Of a stretch of 64,000 bases of DNA, positions 19,235-28,186 are shown one piece after another. The DNA is from Calditrichota bacterium (GTDB taxonomy: Bacteria > Electryoneota > RPQS01): assembly GCA_020637395.1 (NCBI GenBank), contig JACJWA010000003.1, positions 10,380-74,379 of the forward strand, read 5' to 3'. The notes below the pieces were generated by a model. That model was not told where the DNA came from. It saw only the letters and a program-made list of their open reading frames with translations, and did no database searches. How positions within the stretch are numbered: position 1 is the stretch's first letter; every line of letters starts with the position of its first letter. The position numbers and the translations under genes are program-made.

Positions 19235-19810
19235 ATGGTCAAGTTTGTTTTTATTGTGGCGCTGGTTTTCATTGGGAACTGCTTCGCTTATCCGGAGTTC
19301 CAGCGTTTTTCACAGGAGAATTCGGGCCGTCCTATAAACTGCGCCATGTGCCACGTCAATGGTGATGGACCCGAAGGCGCTTCGCGGGGCCAAATCGGAA
19401 GTCTCACTCCCGTCGAGCTGAACAGACTAAATGCCGCTCGCGGCGCCTTCGCACCCGGCATGCCCGTCGAAAGCCCAATTCTAAACGCGTTTGGTAACAA
19501 TATCATCAGGAAAATCGGCAAAACGAAATTCCTCGAGTTACGGGCGCACCCCGAGCAACTTGCCGAAGCTTACGGTTTCCAAAGCGATCTCGATGAAGAT
19601 GGAATCCCCGATGCTCAGGAATACTTGGATGGTACAAATCCTCTTAATCGCTCGCACGGCAATCCATGGAAGCTATTTGTTCACAATCTAAACCAATACA
19701 AACTGCACATATTCTTGATCATTCTCGCGACGGTTGCGGGCTTCTATGGCCTGAGCAACCTGCTGCACGGATTCGCAATTCAAGCCGAATCACATGAAGC
19801 GAGAAATTAG
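19235..19810 (+). CDS. monohaem c-type cytochrome, C-terminally membrane anchored
   Basis: Signal peptide; single CAMCH; acidic DLDEDGIPDAQEYLDGTNPLN (thrombospondin-type-3-like Ca-binding motif); C-terminal helix IFLIILATVAGFYGL. Confidence 0.7.
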   Translation: MVKFVFIVALVFIGNCFAYPEFQRFSQENSGRPINCAMCHVNGDGPEGASRGQIGSLTPVELNRLNAARGAFAPGMPVESPILNAFGNNIIRKIGKTKFLELRAHPEQLAEAYGFQSDLDEDGIPDAQEYLDGTNPLNRSHGNPWKLFVHNLNQYKLHIFLIILATVAGFYGLSNLLHGFAIQAESHEARN

Positions 19811-19834
19811 CATCTCGAAATTTGAGGGATCGCC

Positions 19835-21361
19835 ATGCAAGAAAATAGTAAGGCAATTCAAGTACTGATCCTCAATACGCTCGCGTTCACAGTCTGTTTC
19901 GCGGCGTGGATGATGAACGGTGTGTTGATTACCTACCTGGTGGACAATGGAGTGTTTCATTGGGACAAGGCTCAGATGGGATGGTTGATTGGCATACCCG
20001 TCTTGACGGGATCAATCACCCGGCTGCCTGTCGGAATTCTCACGGATAAATATGGCGGTCGTGTCGTCTACAGCGTGCTAATGCTCCTGGCCGCCGTTCC
20101 CATGTTCTTGGTGAGCTATGCCAACAACTTCACACAATTCATGTTGGCAGGACTCGGCTTTGGATTGACCGGAGCCTCGTTCGCGGTCGGAATTGCTTAT
20201 ACGTCTGTGTGGTTCAAAAAAGAGAGACAAGGCACGGCGTTAGGTATTTTCGGAGCAGGAAACGCAGGAGCGGCGCTGACAAGCATGGGAGCTCCATTTG
20301 TATTGCGTTGGCTTACGGATGGCGGCACGAATCTCGAGGGTTGGCGAATGCTCCCGAGAATGTACGCTGGAGGACTTGTCGCTATGGCCGTATTGTTTAT
20401 CCTCTTTTCACACACGAAACTTGCCGGGCACAGTCAGGGATACACTCTTAGGCAGCGCCTTGAACCGCTAAAACACATGAGAGTTTGGAGATTCGGTGCC
20501 TACTACTTTTTGGTGTTTGGCGGATTTGTCGCACTTGCACAGTGGCTGATCCCGTACTATGTCAGCGTCTATTCAGTGACAATTGCGACGGCAGGTTTGT
20601 TGGCTGCAATCTTTAGTTTGCCCTCCGGCGTAATTCGCGCGCTGGGAGGATGGATGTCCGACAGATTTGGCGCACGCAAAGTCATGTATTGGGTACTCGG
20701 GGTGTGTGTGATATGCTGCGGTCTCTTGATCATTCCCAAAATGGACATCCAGTCACCGGGACAAGGCGTAATCGCGGCGAAAGGGGGAACAGTCACCGAA
20801 GTCTCAGATTCCGCTATTTCCGTGGACGGAACACCTTACAATCTTAGGCCTAAGCCGCAAGGTTGGCGAGAACACCTTGATCAAGCAACCTATGTGATTC
20901 CGGCGGGCACATTTTGGCAAGAACCGGTCGTACAAGTCGGCGACAAAGTAAAGAAGAAGGAATTACTCGCCAAAGGCGTAACGCATCTCTACTTTCAAGC
21001 GAACATCTGGATCTTCACGGTACTCGTGTTTATCGTGGGAATCATGATGGGCATCGGTAAGGCCGCCGTATATAAACACATTCCGGACTATTTCCCCGAC
21101 GATGTTGGCGTAGTCGGAGGAATTGTCGGCGTCGTCGGTGGATTAGGTGGGTTCTTCTGTCCGATTATTTTCGGATACTTATTGAAAGGAACGGGTATCT
21201 GGACAACGTGTTGGATGTTCTTTGCAGCTTTTAGCGCCTGGTGTTTGTGGTGGATGCACCGAGTTATTCAACGAATGATGCGCGAAAAACAGCCCGTATT
21301 GATGCGGCAGATTGAGGATCATCACTCTCTGCCAATAACCACGGCAGTTCCTTCAAACTAA
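19835..21361 (+). CDS. narK: NarK-type nitrate/nitrite MFS transporter with ~87-aa loop insertion
   Basis: 12 predicted helices; NNP signature-like GxxxNxG (GIFGAGNAGAAL). Insertion between helices 9 and 10 (aa ~302-388). Confidence 0.85.
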   Translation: MQENSKAIQVLILNTLAFTVCFAAWMMNGVLITYLVDNGVFHWDKAQMGWLIGIPVLTGSITRLPVGILTDKYGGRVVYSVLMLLAAVPMFLVSYANNFTQFMLAGLGFGLTGASFAVGIAYTSVWFKKERQGTALGIFGAGNAGAALTSMGAPFVLRWLTDGGTNLEGWRMLPRMYAGGLVAMAVLFILFSHTKLAGHSQGYTLRQRLEPLKHMRVWRFGAYYFLVFGGFVALAQWLIPYYVSVYSVTIATAGLLAAIFSLPSGVIRALGGWMSDRFGARKVMYWVLGVCVICCGLLIIPKMDIQSPGQGVIAAKGGTVTEVSDSAISVDGTPYNLRPKPQGWREHLDQATYVIPAGTFWQEPVVQVGDKVKKKELLAKGVTHLYFQANIWIFTVLVFIVGIMMGIGKAAVYKHIPDYFPDDVGVVGGIVGVVGGLGGFFCPIIFGYLLKGTGIWTTCWMFFAAFSAWCLWWMHRVIQRMMREKQPVLMRQIEDHHSLPITTAVPSN

Positions 21362-21374
21362 CCGGACTACGCAC

Positions 21375-22922
21375 ATGGGACACTCCCTTACAAATTGGAA
21401 TGTTGAAGACAACGTCTTCTGGGAATCAGAAGGCAAGCGCATCGCGAACCGCAATCTCTGGATATCAATTCCTTGTTTGCTGTGCGGCTTCGCCGTTTGG
21501 ATGTATTGGTCGATTGTCACAACGAAGATGCAGGAACTTGGGTTCGTGTTCGATCCCGATCCGGCAAAGAATAAGGCGATGCTCTACACCTTGATATCCA
21601 TAGCCGGTCTCACAGGTGCGACGCTGCGCATTCCTAACTCGTTTTTCGTTGCACTGAGCGGTGGAAGAAACGTCATCGTCGCTACGACAGCTTTGTTGAT
21701 CCTTCCTGCAATCGGGCTGGGACTTGCACTGCGCGAGCCGGGCACATCCTATTCGACGTTCGTGATTCTCTCCGCGCTCTCCGGCATCGGAGGCGGTGCA
21801 TTTGCATCTTCAATGTCTAACATCAGCATCTTCTTCCCCAAACGGGTACAGGGAACGGCACTGGGATTAAATGCAGGTCTTGGAAATCTCGGCGTCAGCG
21901 TAATGCAAGTACTGTTGCCCTTCACAATGACGTTTGGAATGTTTGGTGCTTTTGGCGGCGGTGCCTACAGTATGCCCACAACCGGTGCTTCGGTGTGGAT
22001 TCAAAACAGTGGATTTGTGTGGGTGCCGATTCTGCTGGTTCTTACGATTCTTGCCTGGTTCTTAATGAACAACATGGCGACGCACAATGTCGGTTCAGCG
22101 CCCACAGCGATTGGCAAAATGCTGTATCTCACCGCTCTGGGTTTCGCGTCCGCGGCTGTCGGCTTGTATTTGCTGATTTCTCTGAAAGTGAATATGTGGA
22201 TCGTTCTTCCCATCACGATACTACTGACACTTGCGCTTATTCGCTATTTGTCGCCTGAGAAGATTCGTACAAACCTGAAAAAGCAGTATGCAATCTTCGG
22301 TGAGAAGCATAATTGGGTAATGACTTGGCTCTATGTGATGACGTTTGGATCATTTATTGGATACTCTGCGGCATTTCCGAAGTTGATACAGGACGTCTTT
22401 GGTTACCTGCCCGATGGCTCTATCAATCCCAACGCGCCGAATCCATTTGCGTACGCTTGGCTCGGGCCACTTGTCGGATCGCTAATTCGTCCGGTGGGAG
22501 GTTGGTTGTCAGACAAATTTGGAGGCGCGCGTGTCACACATTGGGACACGATCGTCATGATCGCTGCTGCGCTGGGTGTAGCTTACAACGTGAAGGCTGC
22601 GAATGACGCGCCAAACCCTGAAGTCTATTTCTTTCCGTTCCTGATTCTCTTCTTGTTGTTGTTCGTCACAACGGGCATAGGAAACGGATCTACGTTCCGA
22701 ATGATACCGATGATCTTCGAGCCTCATCAGGCAGGCCCCGTGCTGGGGTGGACTTCGGCCGTTGCCGCCTACGGTGCATTCATTATTCCGAAAGTATTTG
22801 GCGCACAAATCCAAGCAGGGCATCCGGAATATGCACTGTACGGTTTCGCCGTCTACTATGGCAGTTGTTTATTGGTTAACTGGTGGTTTTACGCGCGACG
22901 GAATGCCGAGATCAAGTGCTAA
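21375..22922 (+). CDS. narK: NarK-type nitrate/nitrite MFS transporter (second copy)
   Basis: 515 aa. RNLWISIPCLLCGFAVWMYWS start and GLNAGLGNLGVS signature, typical of NarK2-like antiporters. Confidence 0.85.
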   Translation: MGHSLTNWNVEDNVFWESEGKRIANRNLWISIPCLLCGFAVWMYWSIVTTKMQELGFVFDPDPAKNKAMLYTLISIAGLTGATLRIPNSFFVALSGGRNVIVATTALLILPAIGLGLALREPGTSYSTFVILSALSGIGGGAFASSMSNISIFFPKRVQGTALGLNAGLGNLGVSVMQVLLPFTMTFGMFGAFGGGAYSMPTTGASVWIQNSGFVWVPILLVLTILAWFLMNNMATHNVGSAPTAIGKMLYLTALGFASAAVGLYLLISLKVNMWIVLPITILLTLALIRYLSPEKIRTNLKKQYAIFGEKHNWVMTWLYVMTFGSFIGYSAAFPKLIQDVFGYLPDGSINPNAPNPFAYAWLGPLVGSLIRPVGGWLSDKFGGARVTHWDTIVMIAAALGVAYNVKAANDAPNPEVYFFPFLILFLLLFVTTGIGNGSTFRMIPMIFEPHQAGPVLGWTSAVAAYGAFIIPKVFGAQIQAGHPEYALYGFAVYYGSCLLVNWWFYARRNAEIKC

Positions 22923-22951
22923 AAACTAAAACAAAATAGGTGAAAAACAGG

Positions 22952-23650
22952 ATGGAAAATTTGCTTGAAACTCCCGTCGGGCAGCTCGTCGTTGAAAAGC
23001 CAAGTAGAGCTCGAATATTTCAAAGACACAAAATAGATTTCTGTTGCGGTGGAGGTCGGTCCCTCAATGTGGTTTGCGCGGAAAAAAACATTGACCCACA
23101 AACTATCAAAGCAGAACTGGCCGACCAAGATAGTCGGGAAGACACTAATTCGGAGCCAGATTGGTCGAATGCAAAGTTATCGGCACTTGTCGATAACATT
23201 CTTGCGCAGCACCATGACTATCTGAAGAATGCGCTTCCGCATCTTGGCGAAATGGCTGAAAAGGTCTACCGCGTTCATGGTGAGCATCATCCGGAAATGC
23301 TCGACGTTCTTCAGACTTTTTCCGGACTGTATGCTGAATTAGATTCCCACATGTACAAGGAGGAGAACATCCTTTTCCCTGCGGTCAAGAGAATTGAGCA
23401 AGGCTCCCTGCCTGCCGAAGCTGCCGCACAGCTCTTTGGGCCGATCAGCGTTATGGAGCAGGAGCACGAATCGGCTGGCCAAGCGCTGTTGAAACTTAGA
23501 GAATTGACCAATGACTACACTCCGCCGGCTGACGCATGCAACACATTTCGTGGACTATTCGCTGGGCTGGAGGAGCTTGAGCGTGATTTACATTGGCACA
23601 TCCACAAGGAGAACAACATCCTCTTCCCGCGTGCCCTAAGAGGTAAGTAA
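22952..23650 (+). CDS. ytfE: iron-sulfur cluster repair di-iron protein (RIC/YtfE/ScdA)
   Basis: ORF 22940..23650 with ATG 22952. N-terminal FQRHKIDFCCGG and hemerythrin-like H/E motifs (HHDYL, HGEHHPE, EQEHE, HIHKENNILFP). Confidence 0.9.
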   Translation: MENLLETPVGQLVVEKPSRARIFQRHKIDFCCGGGRSLNVVCAEKNIDPQTIKAELADQDSREDTNSEPDWSNAKLSALVDNILAQHHDYLKNALPHLGEMAEKVYRVHGEHHPEMLDVLQTFSGLYAELDSHMYKEENILFPAVKRIEQGSLPAEAAAQLFGPISVMEQEHESAGQALLKLRELTNDYTPPADACNTFRGLFAGLEELERDLHWHIHKENNILFPRALRGK

Positions 23651-23741
23651 ACGGGCCTGTTCACAGTTTTCTTCTTACGCCGACGTTGCCTACACAAGGG
23701 CACCAAACCCGACTACATAGAGAGACACGTTCATCTCGAAC

Positions 23742-23845
<104 letters not shown>

Positions 23846-23850
23846 ACTAA

Positions 23851-23887
23851 AGCCCTGCTAAAACATTGTTTTGCAGGGCTTTTTTTG
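23851..23887 (+). terminator. rho-independent terminator
   Basis: AGCCCTGC-loop-GCAGGGCT followed by TTTTTTTG, directly after the tRNA-like fragment and the ytfE operon. Confidence 0.8.
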
Positions 23888-24012
23888 TTTTTCGGACTTG
23901 CGCAAGTGTTCAATCGTAAGTCCAGATTTTAGCAGCCAGTGTCAACTAAGACTGTTTTCCGTCAGCGCATTTGGCACAAAAGGGTCGGGAGTATTACGGT
24001 GTGATTTAGGGG

Positions 24013-24645
24013 TGTAAGTTCAGTCGGGTGACCCGACTGAACTTAGTGGTGGCGACCCGATTTGGGGTTGCGGAGCTTCCCGGAAGGTGCGATCATGTGT
24101 GCATCGGAAAGGAAGATTTTTATGCCCAGAGGAATAGCGAAGAAGACGGTCGAGAAACCCGAGAGCGCGGCGCAGCTGATCAAGACGGTGAAGCAGCGGA
24201 CGCGCAAGATGTACAGTGCGAAAGACAAGATCCGCGTGGTGCTGGCCGGACTGCGCGGGGAGCAAACGGTGGCGGCGCTGTGCCGTCCGGAGAACCTGCA
24301 TCCACCACATCACCTCAGCGCGCAACCATCCGCAGACGAAGGGAAAGCTTGTCCTGAACGCAGTGAAGGATCAAACGTCTCAACCGTACGGCGAATGAAC
24401 GTCAGAATCTCGTGGTCTATACGATGCCGTCGGAGCTGCAAGAGGCACTGAACCGGTTCCGCGACTGGTACAACGCCGAACACGACCACAATTCGATCAA
24501 CATTTTGCACACCGCCATCGTCTACTTCGGTCGCGCCGAAGCCATCCAACGCCGCCGTAAACGGCTCCAAACCCAAACAAAAAAGACCCGTCGCCAGGTC
24601 AATACAACATCACAACCAAACTCTCAGAAGCTCCGCAACTTACAC
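24013..24645 (+). mobile_element. decayed IS element (IS3/IS481-like rve transposase remnant, internally deleted and frameshifted)
   Basis: Pieces in three frames: OrfA-like KMYSAKDKIRVVLAGLRGEQTVAALCR; HPQTKGK; C-terminal ..LNRFRDWYNAEHDHNSI..VYFGRAEAIQRRR. Short terminal inverted repeat GG(G/C)GTGTAAGTT at ~24011 and ~24633 (reverse). Confidence 0.65.
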
Positions 24646-24791
24646 GCCAAACCTGCACCTTAAAACAATAGCGCATCCTCTGCCATTTGGGCTGAAGGCT
24701 TACAATCGGAGTCCCAGAATCGAAAGAGACAAAAATGGCGAGAGTTAGACTCTGACCACAAGATCGAGTGATCGACAATTGCCTGCAATTT

Positions 24792-25505
24792 TCAGGATGT
24801 TGAAGTTATACCCGCGTTCGACTTATTTTGCGAGATTGCCAAGTGTTGTGCGGACTTTCCGTTAACCAGCCAACTCAACCAATTCTCCAATCCAATGCCG
24901 ACCTTTGCGGAAATCTCGATTACTTCCAAATCTCCGTTCACAAGATCAAGGTTTCTTCTCAGTGTGGCAATGTCCGTGTCCAGAAACGGCAGCAGGTCAG
25001 TCTTGCTCACGAGACAGAGCTGGCATTCACGAAACATCAGGGGGTACTTCATGGGTTTGTCTTCGCCTTCCGGAAGAGACAAAACAACCACCTTCTTATG
25101 TTCGCCAAGGTAGAATTCAGCGGGACAAACCAGGTTGCCGATATTCTCGATGAAAATGAAGTCTAACTCGGCCAATGGCAGCATTTGCAGCGCCGCATGC
25201 ACAAGATGAGAACCAACGTGACAGTCGCCGCCAAAAGGCGCTGTGTTTGCTTGCACGACGGAGATCTCTAAGGGCGAGAATCGTTCACTGTCAATGGTTG
25301 ATGTGATGTCTCCTTCAATGACAGCGCAGCGATAGCCCTTTTGCTTGAGCTCCGCTATTGTTCGGACTAATAGTGTTGTCTTGCCGGCCCCGGGTGAAGA
25401 CATGATATTAACGACAAACAGATTATGGACATCGAAAGTTGCTCGGTTTTTCTTCGCAAGCGCATCGCTTTCTTCCAGCACGTTACTTACAACAGGTATT
25501 TTCAT
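24792..25505 (-). CDS. hypB: hydrogenase nickel incorporation GTPase HypB
   Basis: ORF 24792..25598 with ATG 25505 (ATGA overlap with hypA). P-loop SPGAGKTTLL, ENIGNLVCP. Confidence 0.9.
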   Translation of the reverse strand: MKIPVVSNVLEESDALAKKNRATFDVHNLFVVNIMSSPGAGKTTLLVRTIAELKQKGYRCAVIEGDITSTIDSERFSPLEISVVQANTAPFGGDCHVGSHLVHAALQMLPLAELDFIFIENIGNLVCPAEFYLGEHKKVVVLSLPEGEDKPMKYPLMFRECQLCLVSKTDLLPFLDTDIATLRRNLDLVNGDLEVIEISAKVGIGLENWLSWLVNGKSAQHLAISQNKSNAGITSTS

Positions 25506-25864
25506 TCTGCGGTTTCTTTCTCTTGAATTGTGATTTCTGTCAATGTCACACCACGACCTCTTACAACCCTTACGCTGGTAGACAAACAGTGTGGACACAT
25601 AAATAACGGCTCGGCGAGTTCAAAACTCTTTGCACATTCATTGCATATGCAGAATATAGCTTCAGTCTCAATCACCAACCGCGAATTCGCAAAGCCAGAC
25701 TCTGACTTGATGGCGTCATACATGAACACAAGTGTATCTGTTACGACCGCATCAAGTTCGCCGATTCGGACCTTCACTTCGCTCACATTGATGGAGTGAA
25801 CGCGTTGCGGCAACGCCGCGCGTGCTTGTTTGACAATGCATTCCGCCAGATAAAGTTCATGCAT
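25502..25864 (-). CDS. hypA: hydrogenase maturation nickel metallochaperone HypA
   Basis: MHELYLAECIV start (ATG 25864); zinc site CNEC...CPHC. Confidence 0.9.
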   Translation of the reverse strand: MHELYLAECIVKQARAALPQRVHSINVSEVKVRIGELDAVVTDTLVFMYDAIKSESGFANSRLVIETEAIFCICNECAKSFELAEPLFMCPHCLSTSVRVVRGRGVTLTEITIQEKETAE

Positions 25865-25868
25865 CGTG

Positions 25869-26882
25869 TTAACATATTCTCGGCAACAGCTCGCCGCTTG
25901 GTCTGCGCAGGCGTCGTCGTCCACCGCCGGAAGTCTTAATGACTACGCCTGGTTCGGACGTGCCGCAGAGTTCGCCGACAATCTGCGCGTCACGGCCGTC
26001 ATGTGTTGATCGCAACGTGGACAGTAATTCACTTGCTTGGACAGATGCGACGACCATCACTACTTTTCCTTCGTTCGCCAAATGCAGCGGATCAAAGCCG
26101 AGCAGTTCGCACAGCGACCGCACGTCGTCCCGAACGGGAACGCTCGCTTCGTCCACTTCAATCAAGAATGGAATAGAGCGGGACAATTCGTCGAATGCTG
26201 CCGCAACGCCCCCTCGTGTGGCATCCCGCATCCATTTTACACCTGTGTGCTTCGTTAGAACGGATGTCACAAGTTCAACGAGCGGTGTGCAATCGCTCTG
26301 AATATTATGCATAAACTCTGGATCACTGCGTGCGCCATGTATGGCAAGAGCATGATCTCCAAGGGTCCCGGACACGATCACTTTATCGCCAACGCACATG
26401 GCCTCGGTGGACAAGCCATTCCCGAGCGGCACGAGGCCGATTCCTGACGTGTTGATGAATAGCTTGTCACAGCTGCCGCGCGGCACGACCTTTGTGTCGC
26501 CAGTGACGATTTCCACATGTGCGCGCTTTGCCGTGTCGGAAATGGAATTGACAATCCGCTCCAGGGTCTTCAGCGGGAGTCCTTCCTCGACGATCATTCC
26601 AAGGGAGAGAAATGCGGGAGTCGCGCCGACAACAAGAAGATCGTTGACAGTGCCGGAGACGGCAAGCGTTCCTATGTCGCCGCCGGGGAACTCGATCGGA
26701 TGGACAACATAGGAGTCTGTAGTAAACGCGATTCCGCTTTCGTGTACACCGAGTAATGCAGAATCCAACATTGCATTAAGCGAAGGATTAGAGAGCCGTG
26801 GCACAATTGTGTCTTCGATCAGTCTCCGCATTTGGGTCCCGCCCGCACCGTGGTCTAATGTGATCACTTTGTCAGTCAGCAT
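25869..26882 (-). CDS. hypE: hydrogenase expression/formation protein HypE
   Basis: ORF 25869..27080 with ATG 26882 (MLTDKVITLDHGAGG). AIR-synthase-like fold; C-terminal PRIC motif. Confidence 0.9.
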   Translation of the reverse strand: MLTDKVITLDHGAGGTQMRRLIEDTIVPRLSNPSLNAMLDSALLGVHESGIAFTTDSYVVHPIEFPGGDIGTLAVSGTVNDLLVVGATPAFLSLGMIVEEGLPLKTLERIVNSISDTAKRAHVEIVTGDTKVVPRGSCDKLFINTSGIGLVPLGNGLSTEAMCVGDKVIVSGTLGDHALAIHGARSDPEFMHNIQSDCTPLVELVTSVLTKHTGVKWMRDATRGGVAAAFDELSRSIPFLIEVDEASVPVRDDVRSLCELLGFDPLHLANEGKVVMVVASVQASELLSTLRSTHDGRDAQIVGELCGTSEPGVVIKTSGGGRRRLRRPSGELLPRIC

Positions 26883-27966
26883 AATCGGTGTGAAAGTTAA
26901 ACACCGCTGCGCAGGCGCCTTCGGAAGAGACCATACATGCGCCGACAGGATGATCCGGTGTGCATCCCTTACCAAAGAGTCGGCATTCTTTCGGATGAAT
27001 AGATCCCCGAAGTACATCGCCGCAGCGGCATCCATGATGTTCCATGCTCTCAACCGCCGCAACTTGTATCTCCGCGGCATCCCATTCGGAGTATTGTTCT
27101 TGAATCTTCAGGCCGCTGTCCGGAATCCTGCCAAGGCCGCGCCAAGTTGCCGCACACGGTTCCAGGACTCTGCGCATGGCCTGCTGTGCGCAGGAATTGC
27201 CGTTCGTTTCAACGGCACGACGATAACAGTTGCGTACCTCGGCACGGCCATCGCATTTCTGCTCCGCGATGTCGGCGACGCTGTTCAGTATGTCTACGGG
27301 TTCAAAGCCCGACACGGCACAGGGGATGTTCAACTGCGTGGCGATAAAATCAAACGGCGCGGTGCCGGTGATCGTTGAGACGTGGCCGGGAAGGATTAAT
27401 CCGTCGACAGAAGTTTCAGGCGAACTCAAGAGCGCGTTTAGCGCGGCGGGCATTGTCTTCATCGCAGACATAACTCTAAAGTTCTTTACATTAGTGTCTA
27501 TGGCGCGGCACAACGTCGCGGCGATCGTACAGGCTGTGGTTTCAAATCCGATCCCCAAAAAGATCACGGTACAATCCGGATGCTGTATTGCATAGTCTAG
27601 CGCTGTTGCCGAAGAATAGCAAATCAGAATGTGCGCGCCGGACGCGCGGGCGTCACTGAGCGATCCGCGAGTGCCCGGAACTCTTAGCAGGTCACCAAAA
27701 GAGGCAAGCACTATGCCTTCTTTTTCAGAGAGCGCAATTGCATGATCAACATAACTCACTGGAGTAACACAAACCGGACACCCGGGTCCGGACAGCAGCT
27801 TAATGTTCTGATGCAACAAGTGATGAAGTCCGAAGCGGTAGATTGCTGCCGTGTGCCCGCCGCAAACCTCCATGATGCGCAATGGCGAAGTTAATCCAAT
27901 TGCGTGAATGCGCGCCATGACTTGTTCAATCACTACTGGGCTGCGGAGTTTCGCCAGAGGAGTCAC
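26872..27966 (-). CDS. hypD: hydrogenase formation protein HypD
   Basis: 364 aa. CGGHT, GPGCPVCVTP and FETT motifs. Confidence 0.92.
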   Translation of the reverse strand: MTPLAKLRSPVVIEQVMARIHAIGLTSPLRIMEVCGGHTAAIYRFGLHHLLHQNIKLLSGPGCPVCVTPVSYVDHAIALSEKEGIVLASFGDLLRVPGTRGSLSDARASGAHILICYSSATALDYAIQHPDCTVIFLGIGFETTACTIAATLCRAIDTNVKNFRVMSAMKTMPAALNALLSSPETSVDGLILPGHVSTITGTAPFDFIATQLNIPCAVSGFEPVDILNSVADIAEQKCDGRAEVRNCYRRAVETNGNSCAQQAMRRVLEPCAATWRGLGRIPDSGLKIQEQYSEWDAAEIQVAAVESMEHHGCRCGDVLRGSIHPKECRLFGKGCTPDHPVGACMVSSEGACAAVFNFHTDYAD

Positions 27967-28182
27967 CTACTCTCCTTCAAGCGCGCGCAAAATGTCAAGT
28001 GTATCACGTGCTTCGTCTTCGTCAATAATGGCAAGGGCGAATCCTGCATGAACCAAAAGATAGTCACCAATGGACGCGTCCGGAACAAGCGACAAATCCA
28101 CGTTCAATGTAATGCCTGAACTCTCCGCGGTAGCGTAATTGTCACTTTTTTTGATGAGTCGCATCGGTACAGCGAGACACAT
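27967..28182 (-). CDS. hypC: hydrogenase assembly chaperone HypC
   Basis: ORF 27967..28236 with ATG 28182, giving the canonical MCLAVPM N-terminus. Confidence 0.88.
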   Translation of the reverse strand: MCLAVPMRLIKKSDNYATAESSGITLNVDLSLVPDASIGDYLLVHAGFALAIIDEDEARDTLDILRALEGE

Positions 28183-28186
28183 GAAG

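Noticed and set aside
24062-24663. ORFs 24062-24451, 24216-24398 and 24412-24663 as functional genes
   Set aside because: Together they carry fragments of one IS transposase (HTH part, HPQTKGK, C-terminal tail), split over three frames and missing most of the DDE core. Annotated as a decayed IS.
25506-27080. N-terminal extensions given in the ORF track for hypB (to 25598), hypA (to 25924) and hypE (to 27080)
   Set aside because: The extensions overlap the upstream genes extensively and lack family similarity. Internal ATGs give the canonical N-termini (MKIPVV, MHELYLAE, MLTDKVITLDHGAGG) with 4-11-nt operon overlaps.
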